NCBI GenBank assembly: GCA_027314165.1
Contig: DAHVCH010000004.1
Location: forward strand, 2,770 to 66,769
Length of the DNA stretch: 64,000 nucleotides
Origin: Thermoplasmata archaeon
GTDB taxonomy: Archaea; Thermoplasmatota; Thermoplasmata; Lutacidiplasmatales; UBA184
Reading direction: 5' to 3'
The notes under the pieces: model-generated
Database searches by the model: none
What the model saw: the letters and a program-made list of their open reading frames with translations, nothing else
Told to the model about the DNA's origin: nothing
Position numbers and translations under genes: made by a program
Shown here: piece after piece, positions 27,395 through 36,775 of the stretch
Numbering within the stretch: position 1 is the first letter of the stretch
Layout of the letters: every line of letters begins with the position of its first letter

Positions 27395-29095
27395 CTATCC
27401 CGCCTTGTTCGGGAGCAGGCCGCGCAGCCGCTCGAGACGGCTCAGGTCGACCTCGACCCAGCTCACGGGCACCTGGACCTTCAGTTCGCTCAGCACCGAG
27501 GGATGTACCTCGCCCACGAGACCGACGAGCTCCCCGGCGATGCGGAGCTTCGCGACGCGCCCGGGGACGCATCCCCGCGCTTCCGCGGGCTCCCGGGGCG
27601 CCGAGAAGCCCAGCACCTCGAAGAGCCGCTCGGACACCCCCGCCGCGAGCGCAAAGCCCGCGAGCTCCCCCGCGTCGACGAGGGCGAGGTGGGTCTCCGT
27701 GCGGGTCCCGGTGTCGGCGTCCGGGTCGCGGACGATGACCGGACCGATCTCGAAGAACCGCTGGGGATAGCTCGAGCGCGTGTTCCTCTCCAACGCGTCC
27801 AGCAGGCTCGTGCGAAGCACCGGACGGGCGCAGGAGAGCTCGGTGGTGATGGGGTTGCTCAGGTGCAACGCCTCGCCGGGCTCCGAGAACCTCTCGGCCG
27901 AGGCGGGAGATACGAGGACCTGGGTGTTGAGCTCCTGGTAGCCGAGTCCGAGCAGGACATCGCCCAGCTGGACCTCAAAGCGCCGATCGGGCCGCCTCCG
28001 TCCCATGCTCATCGCGGGCGGCAGGATCGGGGCGAAGCTCGCGAACCCTCGCGCGATGGCGACCTCCTCGGCAAGGTCGACCGGGGCGAGGAGGTCTGCC
28101 CGCCACGGGGGCACGAGGGCGTGCAAGCTGCCCGAGGCCCGTTCGACGCCCAGTCGAGCCGAGAGGAGGGCGTGCTCGATCTCCGCGGAGGTGAGACGAG
28201 AGCCCAGCAGGCGGTTGATGAGGGTGGCCTGGACCGGGAGCCGCCTCGGGGAGACGACCTCCACCCCGTCCACCGAGGTGTCCGGACGGTGCACGGGAAC
28301 CGGATGCACGGACCAGCCGCGGGCGGCGAAGGGCAGGAGCATGTACCCCACCATCTCCCGCGTCCGGGCCGCGCGCGTCCCGGTCGATTCGATCAGGACC
28401 CGCCGGTCCCCCGGTCGGACCTCCCCCGCGCCCGCCGCGTTCAGGACCGGCGGGAGCGAGAGGACCGCGCGAGCGCTGTCGCGTAGCGTGAGCGCGAGGT
28501 CGTCCTTTCGCCCCAGGGCGCCGAACTCCTTGGCCATCGCGTGTTCGGAGTAGAACGTGTCGGCTCCGACCTCCGCCGATCCGCCGAGAGGGGTGAACCG
28601 CACCTGGCCCAGAGGTTCCATCGCGTAGTGGAACGGGGGCTCCAGTCGCTCCAGAGGGTAGAGCCCGAGGCTCGCGGCCTTGCGGACCCGGCCCAGCGTC
28701 GCATGCAGGAGCTCCTGGTAGCGGACGAGCTCTTCGATGGTCCCGGTGTCGAGCCCGGTCGACCCTTCGGGAGCGACGACCACGGCCATCTCGAGCTCGG
28801 GGCGGAGGGGGCTCACGGAGGCGTTGACGCGGGCCTCCACGCCGGGGAGGGCCGCTCCGGGCGGGCCCCCCGGGAGGCCGCTCGCGCTCCCCAGGGACCC
28901 TTGGAGCTCCAGGGCGAGGCCTCCCTCATCGAGGAGGTCCAGTCGGTCGGCGTTCCCCTCGACCTCGACCTGACCGTTCTGGACCGACTCGATCTCGACC
29001 TTCGTCCGGAAGAGCACCTCGCGCAGCTCGGTCTCGGAGAGCTCCTTCCCGAGGATGGCGAAGAGACGGGCGGTGGACAGGGAAGAGCGGGCCAC
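27395..29095 (-). CDS. pheT: Phenylalanyl-tRNA synthetase beta subunit
   Basis: RADLLAPVDLAEEVAI, FFEIG, GEVHP; SD GGAGGTGGAGG. Confidence 0.92.
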   Translation of the reverse strand: MARSSLSTARLFAILGKELSETELREVLFRTKVEIESVQNGQVEVEGNADRLDLLDEGGLALELQGSLGSASGLPGGPPGAALPGVEARVNASVSPLRPELEMAVVVAPEGSTGLDTGTIEELVRYQELLHATLGRVRKAASLGLYPLERLEPPFHYAMEPLGQVRFTPLGGSAEVGADTFYSEHAMAKEFGALGRKDDLALTLRDSARAVLSLPPVLNAAGAGEVRPGDRRVLIESTGTRAARTREMVGYMLLPFAARGWSVHPVPVHRPDTSVDGVEVVSPRRLPVQATLINRLLGSRLTSAEIEHALLSARLGVERASGSLHALVPPWRADLLAPVDLAEEVAIARGFASFAPILPPAMSMGRRRPDRRFEVQLGDVLLGLGYQELNTQVLVSPASAERFSEPGEALHLSNPITTELSCARPVLRTSLLDALERNTRSSYPQRFFEIGPVIVRDPDADTGTRTETHLALVDAGELAGFALAAGVSERLFEVLGFSAPREPAEARGCVPGRVAKLRIAGELVGLVGEVHPSVLSELKVQVPVSWVEVDLSRLERLRGLLPNKAG

Positions 29096-29151
29096 CTACC
29101 TCCACCTCCGACCTTCGGACAGCGTGTCCCCGCGGACGACCTCGGTCAACG

Positions 29152-30690
29152 TCACACCCTCGCCGCCGAGAGTCGGGACCGGTCGTCCAGGTACAGGTCG
29201 CGGATGTCCGAGAGGCCGAGCGCGACCATCGCGAGACGGCCGATGCCCAGCCCCCACGCCGCCACGGGGACCTTGATCCCCAGGGGACGGAGGACCTCGG
29301 GGCGGAACATGCCACCGGGCATCATCTCCACCCAACCGAGCTTCGGGTGCCGCACCATCCCCTGCACCGAGGGTTCGGTGAACGGGAAGTAGGTGGGTTG
29401 GAACTTGACCTCCTGGATCCCCAGCGCCTTCGCGAACTGGGTGAGCAACCCGAGGAGGTGCCGGAAGGTGAGCCCGCTCTTCCCCACGGCGCCTTCGCAC
29501 TGGTCGAACTGGATCAGGTGCGTCGCGTCCAGCTGGTCGTACCGGAAGACCGAGTCGAGCGAGTACATCCGGAACGGGGGCTTAGGTCTCGAGACGAGGT
29601 AGCGCATCGTCGCGGCCGTCGTCTGGCTTCGGAGCACGATGCGTCGGGCGACCTCTTCGCTGTACGGGGTCTGCCAGCCGCGGGAGAGGGGAGCCGGCTG
29701 GCGCGGCAGGGCCCGCCCCTCGTGGACCGAGGCCACGTCCCGGAGGAGCTTGGGTGGAAGCCCGTGTCCCTGGACGTTCTCGACGAAGAACATGTCGTGC
29801 GTGGAGCGGGCGGGGTGCTCCTGCGGCATGAAGAGCAGGTCGTTGTTGTAGAACTCGAGCTCCACGAGCGGGCTGCGGTACTCCTCGAACCCGAGCCCGA
29901 CCAGGACCTCCTCCACCTGGCGAAGCCACTCCTTGTACAGGTGGCGGCGCGCCCCTTCGACATGCGGAACCTGGGCGCGGACGTCGTACGGCCGGAAGGT
30001 GGCCCGGGTCCAGCCGCCGTGGATGAGGAGCGCGGGCGTGATCGCGCCGATGCTGTCGCCCTCGGCGCCTTCGAGCGGCAGCGCCATACCCTCGGGGGAA
30101 GGGCGCCAGGCGCGGCTGCGCTCGACCTCCTTCGCCGCGAGCCCCCGTCTTTGGAGCTCCTTCAGCGCCTTCTCGTCGGTGACCTGGCCCCCGTCGCTCA
30201 TCGTCCGGAGATCGCCCTCGAGCTCGAGGGGAGCCGCCGCGTCGGTGTCGGAAGCGACGGAGAGCTTCTCGCCCATCTCGATCCGCTTCTGTCGCCGGAG
30301 CGGTCCGATCGCCACCGTCACTTCCTCCGCAGCGATGGCCCCCTCGGGGACGGCCCCGGGCACTTCTCCCGCGGAAAGGGGACCCTTCTCCGCGAGCACG
30401 TTGAGGAGGCGACGCTCCGGGAGCCCTCGCGTGGCGAGCGACTTCCCGAGCGGCGTCAGCGCCCAGTGCTCCCGAGAGGTCTCCTCGAGCACGGTGAGCC
30501 GCTTGCTCCGGAGCCGTTCGAGGCCCATCCTCGCCGCGTCCGCGCCCATCCCCGCCCCGGCCGCGGCCTGGCCCTCCGGGACCGCGGTCCCTGGAGGGGC
30601 CTGCCGCAAGGCCCTCAGGAGACGGACCTCCTGGGGTGAGAGCGTGAGCGAGAGCGACGAAGGAGCGGTGGCCGAGGGCTCGTCGCTCAC
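29152..30690 (-). CDS. pheS: Phenylalanyl-tRNA synthetase alpha subunit
   Basis: QEHPAR, FRYDQLDATH, YFPFTEPS, AWGLGIGR. Confidence 0.95.
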   Translation of the reverse strand: MSDEPSATAPSSLSLTLSPQEVRLLRALRQAPPGTAVPEGQAAAGAGMGADAARMGLERLRSKRLTVLEETSREHWALTPLGKSLATRGLPERRLLNVLAEKGPLSAGEVPGAVPEGAIAAEEVTVAIGPLRRQKRIEMGEKLSVASDTDAAAPLELEGDLRTMSDGGQVTDEKALKELQRRGLAAKEVERSRAWRPSPEGMALPLEGAEGDSIGAITPALLIHGGWTRATFRPYDVRAQVPHVEGARRHLYKEWLRQVEEVLVGLGFEEYRSPLVELEFYNNDLLFMPQEHPARSTHDMFFVENVQGHGLPPKLLRDVASVHEGRALPRQPAPLSRGWQTPYSEEVARRIVLRSQTTAATMRYLVSRPKPPFRMYSLDSVFRYDQLDATHLIQFDQCEGAVGKSGLTFRHLLGLLTQFAKALGIQEVKFQPTYFPFTEPSVQGMVRHPKLGWVEMMPGGMFRPEVLRPLGIKVPVAAWGLGIGRLAMVALGLSDIRDLYLDDRSRLSAARV

Positions 30691-30760
30691 GGAGCTCGCG
30701 AGGATATCCGAGGGAGATAAGGGGGTCGGTCCTCTGGAGCGAGAGGCCGGCCAGGGCGGG

Positions 30761-32812
30761 CTACGAGGAGAAAGGCGTGCCGCAGGAGGGGCACTGCTTC
30801 TCCTTCCCTGAGAGGTTCGCTCCGCACTTCCAGCAGAAGGGGGTCAGCTCCTGGCCGACGCTCGTGCCCCGCCGTTCCGGCTTGGGGGGCGGCGCCGCGT
30901 CCCCCTCCCCCGGCGGGGCGGCGGGCTGACCGGAGAGTTCCCCCGGGGAAGGCCCTCGGATCACCGCACGACGGCGGTCGGAGTAGAACCGGAAGACGAG
31001 GAAGAGCAGGAAGAAGCCCGCCAGGACCGGGAGCGGGTTCCCGAGGAGAATGTCGAAGATCGAGGGCGCGGGCGGGGCCGGTGGGGGAGCGGGCGAGAGG
31101 ACCGCGGTGCCGATCCCCCAGGCGCTGCCGTTCTGCACCACCACGGTCACGTTGACCCACGAGCTCGTGAGCGAGGCGGGCATGGTGAAGTTCCCGTGCC
31201 ACCATCCTCCCGCGGAGGCCGAGGGCAGCGCGGAGGCGAGGCGTGAGACCCAGGAGTCGTTGACGGGGTCGAGGACCGAGAGGTTCAGGCGCGCTCCCGC
31301 GAGGGCTGGAGAGCTCGAAGTGGTCGGCCCCGCCGCGACGGAGACCGTGGCCCCCGCGGACACCGACGACGAGGGGGAGAGCTCGACCGTGAGCGTGGTG
31401 AAGCTCCAGGACCGGAGCCCCTGGTCGAGCGCGACGGCGTTCGGGGTCCCCCAGCCGGTGACCTGGTCCCACCCCGGGTTCGCCCGGTCGTAGCAGTTGC
31501 CTCCGCTCGTGACGTCGGTGAAAGGCGAGGCGCCCCCCGAACCGGCCTCGTGGATCGCCGCCAAGGCGTAGAGGTTCGCGTCGACCTCTCCCAGCCGGGC
31601 CCCGTTGGTGGCGGCGATGTCCGCGAGGATGCCGGCCCAGAGCGGGGTCGAGAAGCTGGTCCCGTCCGCCACGGACAGCGTGCCGTCGAAGAAGTACCCG
31701 TTGTCCCGGGCCGTGGCCGAGACGTCGGGGACCTGCCGGGTGTGACCGGTGGTCCGTGCGACGTAGCTCGCCACACCCCCCAGCTCCTGCCAGGCCGGGG
31801 CGGGGTCGTTCGCGGTGGAGGCCGCCGCCCCTCCGCCGCTGAGCGACCAGGCCACCTCCGGTCCGGGGCCGCTCGCGTCCGTCCCTCCGACCGAGAGGAC
31901 GTAGGGACTGGCCGCGGGGAAATTGACCCCGGGTCCCTGGGTGCAGGTGCTCCCGGGCTGCGTCGCCGCAGAGCCCCCGTCATCCCCGGAGGCGGCGACG
32001 ATCGTGGTACCGTTCCTCACGAGGCTCTGGAACTGCTGGTCCATCGCGCTCTCGAGCGAGGGGTCGGAGCCCTGGGCCTCGCCGAAGGAGAGGGAGAGCA
32101 CGGTCAGGTTGCCGAGCCCCACCGCATATCCCACCGCGTCCTCGAGCGAGGTGCCCGTAGGGCTCCACGGCGGAGAGGTCCCGGGCGGGGCATAGATCGC
32201 GTAGATGGTGGCGCCTGGGGCCATCGAGGCCGCCCACTCGATGTCGATGGTCAGCTCCCGTGATCCCCCCGACGGGTCGCTCCCGGCGTTGACGCCCGGC
32301 GGTGGGGCTCCGTCGATCGGCACGGCGATGACGTGGGGGCGGGGGAAGCTCGAAGGATAGTACGTCGAGAAGAACGTCTGGAGGTCGCTGGGGTTGTAGC
32401 CGTCCCCCCAGGCCAGAACGCCGATCGTCATGTTCCTCGCGAACGGGGGGGACCCTCCGCTCGAGTTCAGCAGGGCGTCCACGCCGTACGTCGACCGGAA
32501 GGGCCCGGGCAGGAGGGTGACGCCCGTGCTCGCGGGGCGGATCGCTCCGCCAGAGAAAGTGACCGGCTGGAGCGGGAACTGGAAGTGGGTCGGCGTTCCG
32601 GACACGGAGCCCACGTTCGGTGAGAACGTGGAAGCGGCCGGGGAAGCGGCCGCGGTCGTGGCCACCATCGCACCGCTCCCGGGGGTCGCCGATGCCATCG
32701 GGGACGAGAGGAGAAAGCTCAGCAGCAGGACCAGCGAGAGGGCCGGTGCGAGGAGCGCACGGCCGCGCACGGCCCCGACCGACCTCCCCAGTGACGCGCG
32801 GCTCACCTGCAT
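30761..32812 (-). CDS. S53 (sedolisin) peptidase, membrane-anchored, C-terminal zinc ribbon
   Basis: ELTID (Glu/Asp), ASGDDG, DGTSFS, WDQVTGWG; TM then CWKC...CPSC. Confidence 0.88.
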   Translation of the reverse strand: MQVSRASLGRSVGAVRGRALLAPALSLVLLLSFLLSSPMASATPGSGAMVATTAAASPAASTFSPNVGSVSGTPTHFQFPLQPVTFSGGAIRPASTGVTLLPGPFRSTYGVDALLNSSGGSPPFARNMTIGVLAWGDGYNPSDLQTFFSTYYPSSFPRPHVIAVPIDGAPPPGVNAGSDPSGGSRELTIDIEWAASMAPGATIYAIYAPPGTSPPWSPTGTSLEDAVGYAVGLGNLTVLSLSFGEAQGSDPSLESAMDQQFQSLVRNGTTIVAASGDDGGSAATQPGSTCTQGPGVNFPAASPYVLSVGGTDASGPGPEVAWSLSGGGAAASTANDPAPAWQELGGVASYVARTTGHTRQVPDVSATARDNGYFFDGTLSVADGTSFSTPLWAGILADIAATNGARLGEVDANLYALAAIHEAGSGGASPFTDVTSGGNCYDRANPGWDQVTGWGTPNAVALDQGLRSWSFTTLTVELSPSSSVSAGATVSVAAGPTTSSSPALAGARLNLSVLDPVNDSWVSRLASALPSASAGGWWHGNFTMPASLTSSWVNVTVVVQNGSAWGIGTAVLSPAPPPAPPAPSIFDILLGNPLPVLAGFFLLFLVFRFYSDRRRAVIRGPSPGELSGQPAAPPGEGDAAPPPKPERRGTSVGQELTPFCWKCGANLSGKEKQCPSCGTPFSS

Positions 32813-32877
32813 TGTCCCATGTGCTCTTCGAGCAGGACCATCGCGACGGCGCATGAAGGTCCGCAGTCCCGTGGTTC

Positions 32878-35800
32878 CTATGTCCGAACCGGCGCCTGAC
32901 AGGATGGACAGCTCTTAGCTCCCGTCGGTAGAGCGGCTCCGCAGCGCTTGCAGGCCGGCTTGCCGCGATGGACCGCCCGCGAGACCTTCTTCTCGATCTT
33001 CACGACGTCCTCCTCCATCCTCTGGACGAGACCCTCGTGTGGAGGTTGCGAGGCGGGGGCGGGCTGGGCCCGCGACGTAGCGCCGGTGGAGCGGGCCCTC
33101 GGGGGAGGGGGCGCCGCCGGCGGGGCCGGAGCCACCGCGTGGGGGGGTGGAGAGGCCACTCGGGGTGGCCCCACCCGGATCTTCGGAGGGGCGGGGGTCG
33201 ACGGCACGGGCTGCGCCGTTGGGGCCGGCTCCGGAGCTGCGCGCGTGGGTCGCCGTACCCGGGCTTTCCTCGGGGCGGATGCCGCGACGGGCGCGGACGT
33301 TGCGAGAGCCTCCGTTGGGGCCGGGGAGGTTTGGGTCTCGGGAGCCGCGGGAGCGGGGACCGGCTCCTCGATGGGAGCGGGTGTGGGGGGAGCGGAGGGG
33401 GTTGGGGGCGTGGGGAGGGTTTCAGGAACGGGTGGGACTGCGGAGTCGGACGCCTGAGCGTCCGAGGAGATCTGGGCCTCGGGGCTTGCAGGCGCAGCTT
33501 CAGGGAGGACTTGGCTTTCCTCGGAAGGGCTCGCGGTCGGCAGTGGGGTGTCGGGGCCGGGGGGCGCTTCTCCGGCTGCCGCCTCTTGCGACTGCTCGCC
33601 GAGCGCGGTCGCAGTCCCCTCCTCCGCGGGCTGCTCGGTGGCCGAGGGCAGGGGCGCACCCGTGCCCGTGCCGGTGCCGGCCGCGGGCTCCGACGGGGCT
33701 GCCGATGTTCCGCTCTCGCCTGCGGAGGGAAGCGACGCGGCGTCCTCGGAGGGCGTGGATAGGGCGGCGGACGCGTCCCCCTCCTCGGCCGCAACGGGCG
33801 CCGCGGAACTGAGCGGCTCCTGTGCGACCGTGGGGGAGGGCTCGGTCGCCGTCGTGGGCGCGGTGGTCGGTTCGGGCTTAGGCGGGACCACCATCGTCAC
33901 TCCCGGAGCCACGTCCGCTTGGGTCCCGGGGGCGATGCGAGAGGAGGCGCTCGGAGAGGATGTGGCTGGAGGGGTGGAGGATCCGGCGGCGGCGGGGCCC
34001 GCGCTCGGACGCGCTTGGGGCACGACGCTCGCCTTGGTCGCAGGCCGGCCGCCAAGGGACGGGGGCCGTGTGGTGGAGCTCTGCTGCGCAGGGCGGAGGG
34101 TCCCGTACGTGCTAGGCCGCGGGCCGGACGGCTGCCCTCGGGCGTTCGCGGGCCGACCGGAGCTGCCCGCGCCCCCCCCGGGTCCTCGGACGCCGCCCGC
34201 CCCCGGGGCGTACACCCCCGGAGGTGGCGCCCGCTGCCGCCCCGGGACCAGGCGTCGGTAGAACGGTTGGCTGACCGCCCGCTTCGGCTGTCGAAGGCCC
34301 AGGACCCATCCGAGGGCCGTCGCGAGGCCCATGATCAGCAGGAAGAAGACGTAGCTCAGAGGAGGCGCGAGCAAGGGCTGCAGCCACGCGTACGCCGAGC
34401 CGAGGAGGGTCACGGTCAGGACGCTGTCGGCGCTCCCCACCTCGTGCTTGGTGAAGATCTGCGCCTGGACGAGGAGCTGTCCGTAAGGATAGGTGACCGG
34501 GATCGCGAAGTTGTCGTCTCCCGAGCCCGTCGAGTCGAGCGTGACGAGGTCGGTGGTGAGCAGCGTCGTGCGGCGCAGCGTCTGGGGGAGCGTGAAGATG
34601 GTGACCGTGATCGGCCCCCCGGTGTAGGCCCGGCTGCCGTTCATCGCCTGGATGTGGATGTCCACCGAACCCCCGGGGGCCGCGGTGGAGGGCGAGAAGG
34701 AGACCGTGAGCGTGATGTAGCTCGCGACGAGGTCCGCGTAGAGGGAGAGGGCGTTCTCGGGGGTCCCGTACCCGGTGATCGGGTCCCACCCGTACTGCGC
34801 GTAGTACAGGCAGTTGGCCGGGAGCCCCGGGGTCTGTCCCTGGGGGATCTCGCGGAAAGGCTGCGGGGTGAACCCGCCCGCGTCCTGGGCCGCCCCGAGG
34901 GCGTAGATCCGCGGGTTGAGGAACCCTAGAGGGGCGCCATGCGTGGCGACCATCTCGGCGGTAAGGCCGGCCCAGAACGGCGAGGCGAACGACGTGCCTT
35001 CCCCGTCCTGGATGTTCCCGTTGTAGAAGAACGTGTCATTGGCCGCCGGTCCCGCGACGTCCGGAACCCCTCGCGCACCGACTCCGTTGGTGGCCTTCTC
35101 GATGGTGAGATAGGCCGATCCGCTCCGTTGCCAGGTGGGAAGCCCGTAATCGCCGGAGTACCCGCCCCCGCTCCCGTGCCAGGCGGGTTCGCTCGCGACA
35201 CCCTGCTGCCGGGAGTTCGGTCCGCCGCCGGCGGTGGCGTTGACGAGGGGAGCCGTCCCTCCCACCGCGGTGACCCACGGGGAGGACGCGGGATAGTCCA
35301 CTTGCGGGTTCTGCGTGCAGGTCCCGAGGCCCCCGTCGGACCCGCCGTTGTCCCCCGAGGCGGCGAAGACGGAGATCCCCCGGGAGGCGGCCTGCTCGAA
35401 GTCGGTGTCGTAGATCGCCTGGAAGGAGAGGTCACCCTCGGGGGCCCCGAAGGACTGCGTCACCACCGTCAACCCGGTGAGGTTCAGCAGGAAGGCCATG
35501 CCCCGCTCGAGCTCCACCGGGCTCGGGGAGTAGCCGTTGGAGGAGGTCCCCTCGGGCACGTAGACCACGTCGAGGGTCGCCCCTGGGGCCTGGGACTCCG
35601 ACCACTCCATGTCGAGCGTGAGCTCCATGGGGGCGTTGCTGGGGTCCTGGGGGGCGTTCGGTCCCGGCTGGCCCGCGCCGTCGAGAGGGTAGGGGTTGTA
35701 CGTGAAGGGCGGCTGGTTCCCGGGGTAGAGCCCCGACGCGAAGGCCTGGATGTCGGCCGGGTCGAACCCTCCCTGGCTCCCCGCCCAGAGCAGGATGCCG

Positions 35801-36702
35801 ATGGTCGAGCTCGTGGCCCAGTGCGGGCCCCCGGAGGCGTTGTAGATGTTGTCCAGCCCGTACATGAAGTGCGTCCAGTCGGGGAAGATCGTGTTGCACG
35901 TGAACGTGCAAGGACCTCCGGCGGGGGTGGCTCCGTAGGGGTGGGCGTTGAGCGGCGCGAGGGCGAAGGGGTGCACGTTCTGCTGCAGACCCGAGACGGC
36001 GAGGACGTAGGGGGAGAGCGAGGGGGGCAGGGAGGGAGGCCCCGACGGCAGCACCGCGGGTTGTCCCTGGACGTAGCCCGCGAGCAGCTGCGTCGAGAAG
36101 AGCTGGTCCACGTCTCCGGCGTTCCCGCGCACCTGCAGGAAGCTCCGGTCCGCAGAGACGGTGAGCACCGTGAACCCGTGGGAGGTGAGCTCCTGCTCCG
36201 TCGCGGCCTCGGCCGCGGGCGTCGGGCCGAACCGGGCGATGTACTGCGGCTGGGTGAGGAACTGGCCCTGGAGCGGGTTCCCAGGCGTGGAGACCGCGAG
36301 GGCGAAGGTGCGGAGCCCCTGCGGGTCGCTGGGGATGAGCTCGACGCCCAACGTCTCGGGGGTGCTGACCGAGACCGGACGGGCATCGGCGAGGGTCGAG
36401 AGCGCGCCCGCGTCGTAGCCGAAGAGCGCGGAGGGGGAAGGGGCGACGAGCCCGAGGTCGTGGGCCGCGTTCCAGGAGGCGGCCTCACCGTGGGAGACGG
36501 CAAAGGACTCTAGCGCCATCGCGGCGACCGACGCCGAGGACGGGTTCATCCCCGCGGCGGCCGGGACGAACGCCCAGCTCGTTCCGATCAGCAGGGCCAG
36601 CGTCGCCAGCGCGACCCACCCTCCCGGGGCCCGCCGCTTCCGAGGGAGGGGGGACGGGAAAGCCACCCCCAGGTCGGTGGAGCTCCCTACCTCGTGGGGC
36701 AT
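32878..36702 (-). CDS. S53 peptidase with prodomain, TM, long Pro/Ala/Glu-rich tail and zinc ribbon
   Basis: ELTLD, ASGDNG, EGTSFA, WDPITGYG; CKRC...CPSC at the C-terminus. Confidence 0.88.
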   Translation of the reverse strand: MPHEVGSSTDLGVAFPSPLPRKRRAPGGWVALATLALLIGTSWAFVPAAAGMNPSSASVAAMALESFAVSHGEAASWNAAHDLGLVAPSPSALFGYDAGALSTLADARPVSVSTPETLGVELIPSDPQGLRTFALAVSTPGNPLQGQFLTQPQYIARFGPTPAAEAATEQELTSHGFTVLTVSADRSFLQVRGNAGDVDQLFSTQLLAGYVQGQPAVLPSGPPSLPPSLSPYVLAVSGLQQNVHPFALAPLNAHPYGATPAGGPCTFTCNTIFPDWTHFMYGLDNIYNASGGPHWATSSTIGILLWAGSQGGFDPADIQAFASGLYPGNQPPFTYNPYPLDGAGQPGPNAPQDPSNAPMELTLDMEWSESQAPGATLDVVYVPEGTSSNGYSPSPVELERGMAFLLNLTGLTVVTQSFGAPEGDLSFQAIYDTDFEQAASRGISVFAASGDNGGSDGGLGTCTQNPQVDYPASSPWVTAVGGTAPLVNATAGGGPNSRQQGVASEPAWHGSGGGYSGDYGLPTWQRSGSAYLTIEKATNGVGARGVPDVAGPAANDTFFYNGNIQDGEGTSFASPFWAGLTAEMVATHGAPLGFLNPRIYALGAAQDAGGFTPQPFREIPQGQTPGLPANCLYYAQYGWDPITGYGTPENALSLYADLVASYITLTVSFSPSTAAPGGSVDIHIQAMNGSRAYTGGPITVTIFTLPQTLRRTTLLTTDLVTLDSTGSGDDNFAIPVTYPYGQLLVQAQIFTKHEVGSADSVLTVTLLGSAYAWLQPLLAPPLSYVFFLLIMGLATALGWVLGLRQPKRAVSQPFYRRLVPGRQRAPPPGVYAPGAGGVRGPGGGAGSSGRPANARGQPSGPRPSTYGTLRPAQQSSTTRPPSLGGRPATKASVVPQARPSAGPAAAGSSTPPATSSPSASSRIAPGTQADVAPGVTMVVPPKPEPTTAPTTATEPSPTVAQEPLSSAAPVAAEEGDASAALSTPSEDAASLPSAGESGTSAAPSEPAAGTGTGTGAPLPSATEQPAEEGTATALGEQSQEAAAGEAPPGPDTPLPTASPSEESQVLPEAAPASPEAQISSDAQASDSAVPPVPETLPTPPTPSAPPTPAPIEEPVPAPAAPETQTSPAPTEALATSAPVAASAPRKARVRRPTRAAPEPAPTAQPVPSTPAPPKIRVGPPRVASPPPHAVAPAPPAAPPPPRARSTGATSRAQPAPASQPPHEGLVQRMEEDVVKIEKKVSRAVHRGKPACKRCGAALPTGAKSCPSCQAPVRT

Positions 36703-36775
36703 GCAAGAGGGGGAGGTCGCCCCTCCATGATAAGCCGTCTGGGCCGCCAATCCGCCCCCGCAACGTACGGGGAAG

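Noticed and set aside
29096-29151. Frameshift between pheS and pheT
   Set aside because: pheS ends normally and pheT has its own strong SD and GTG start
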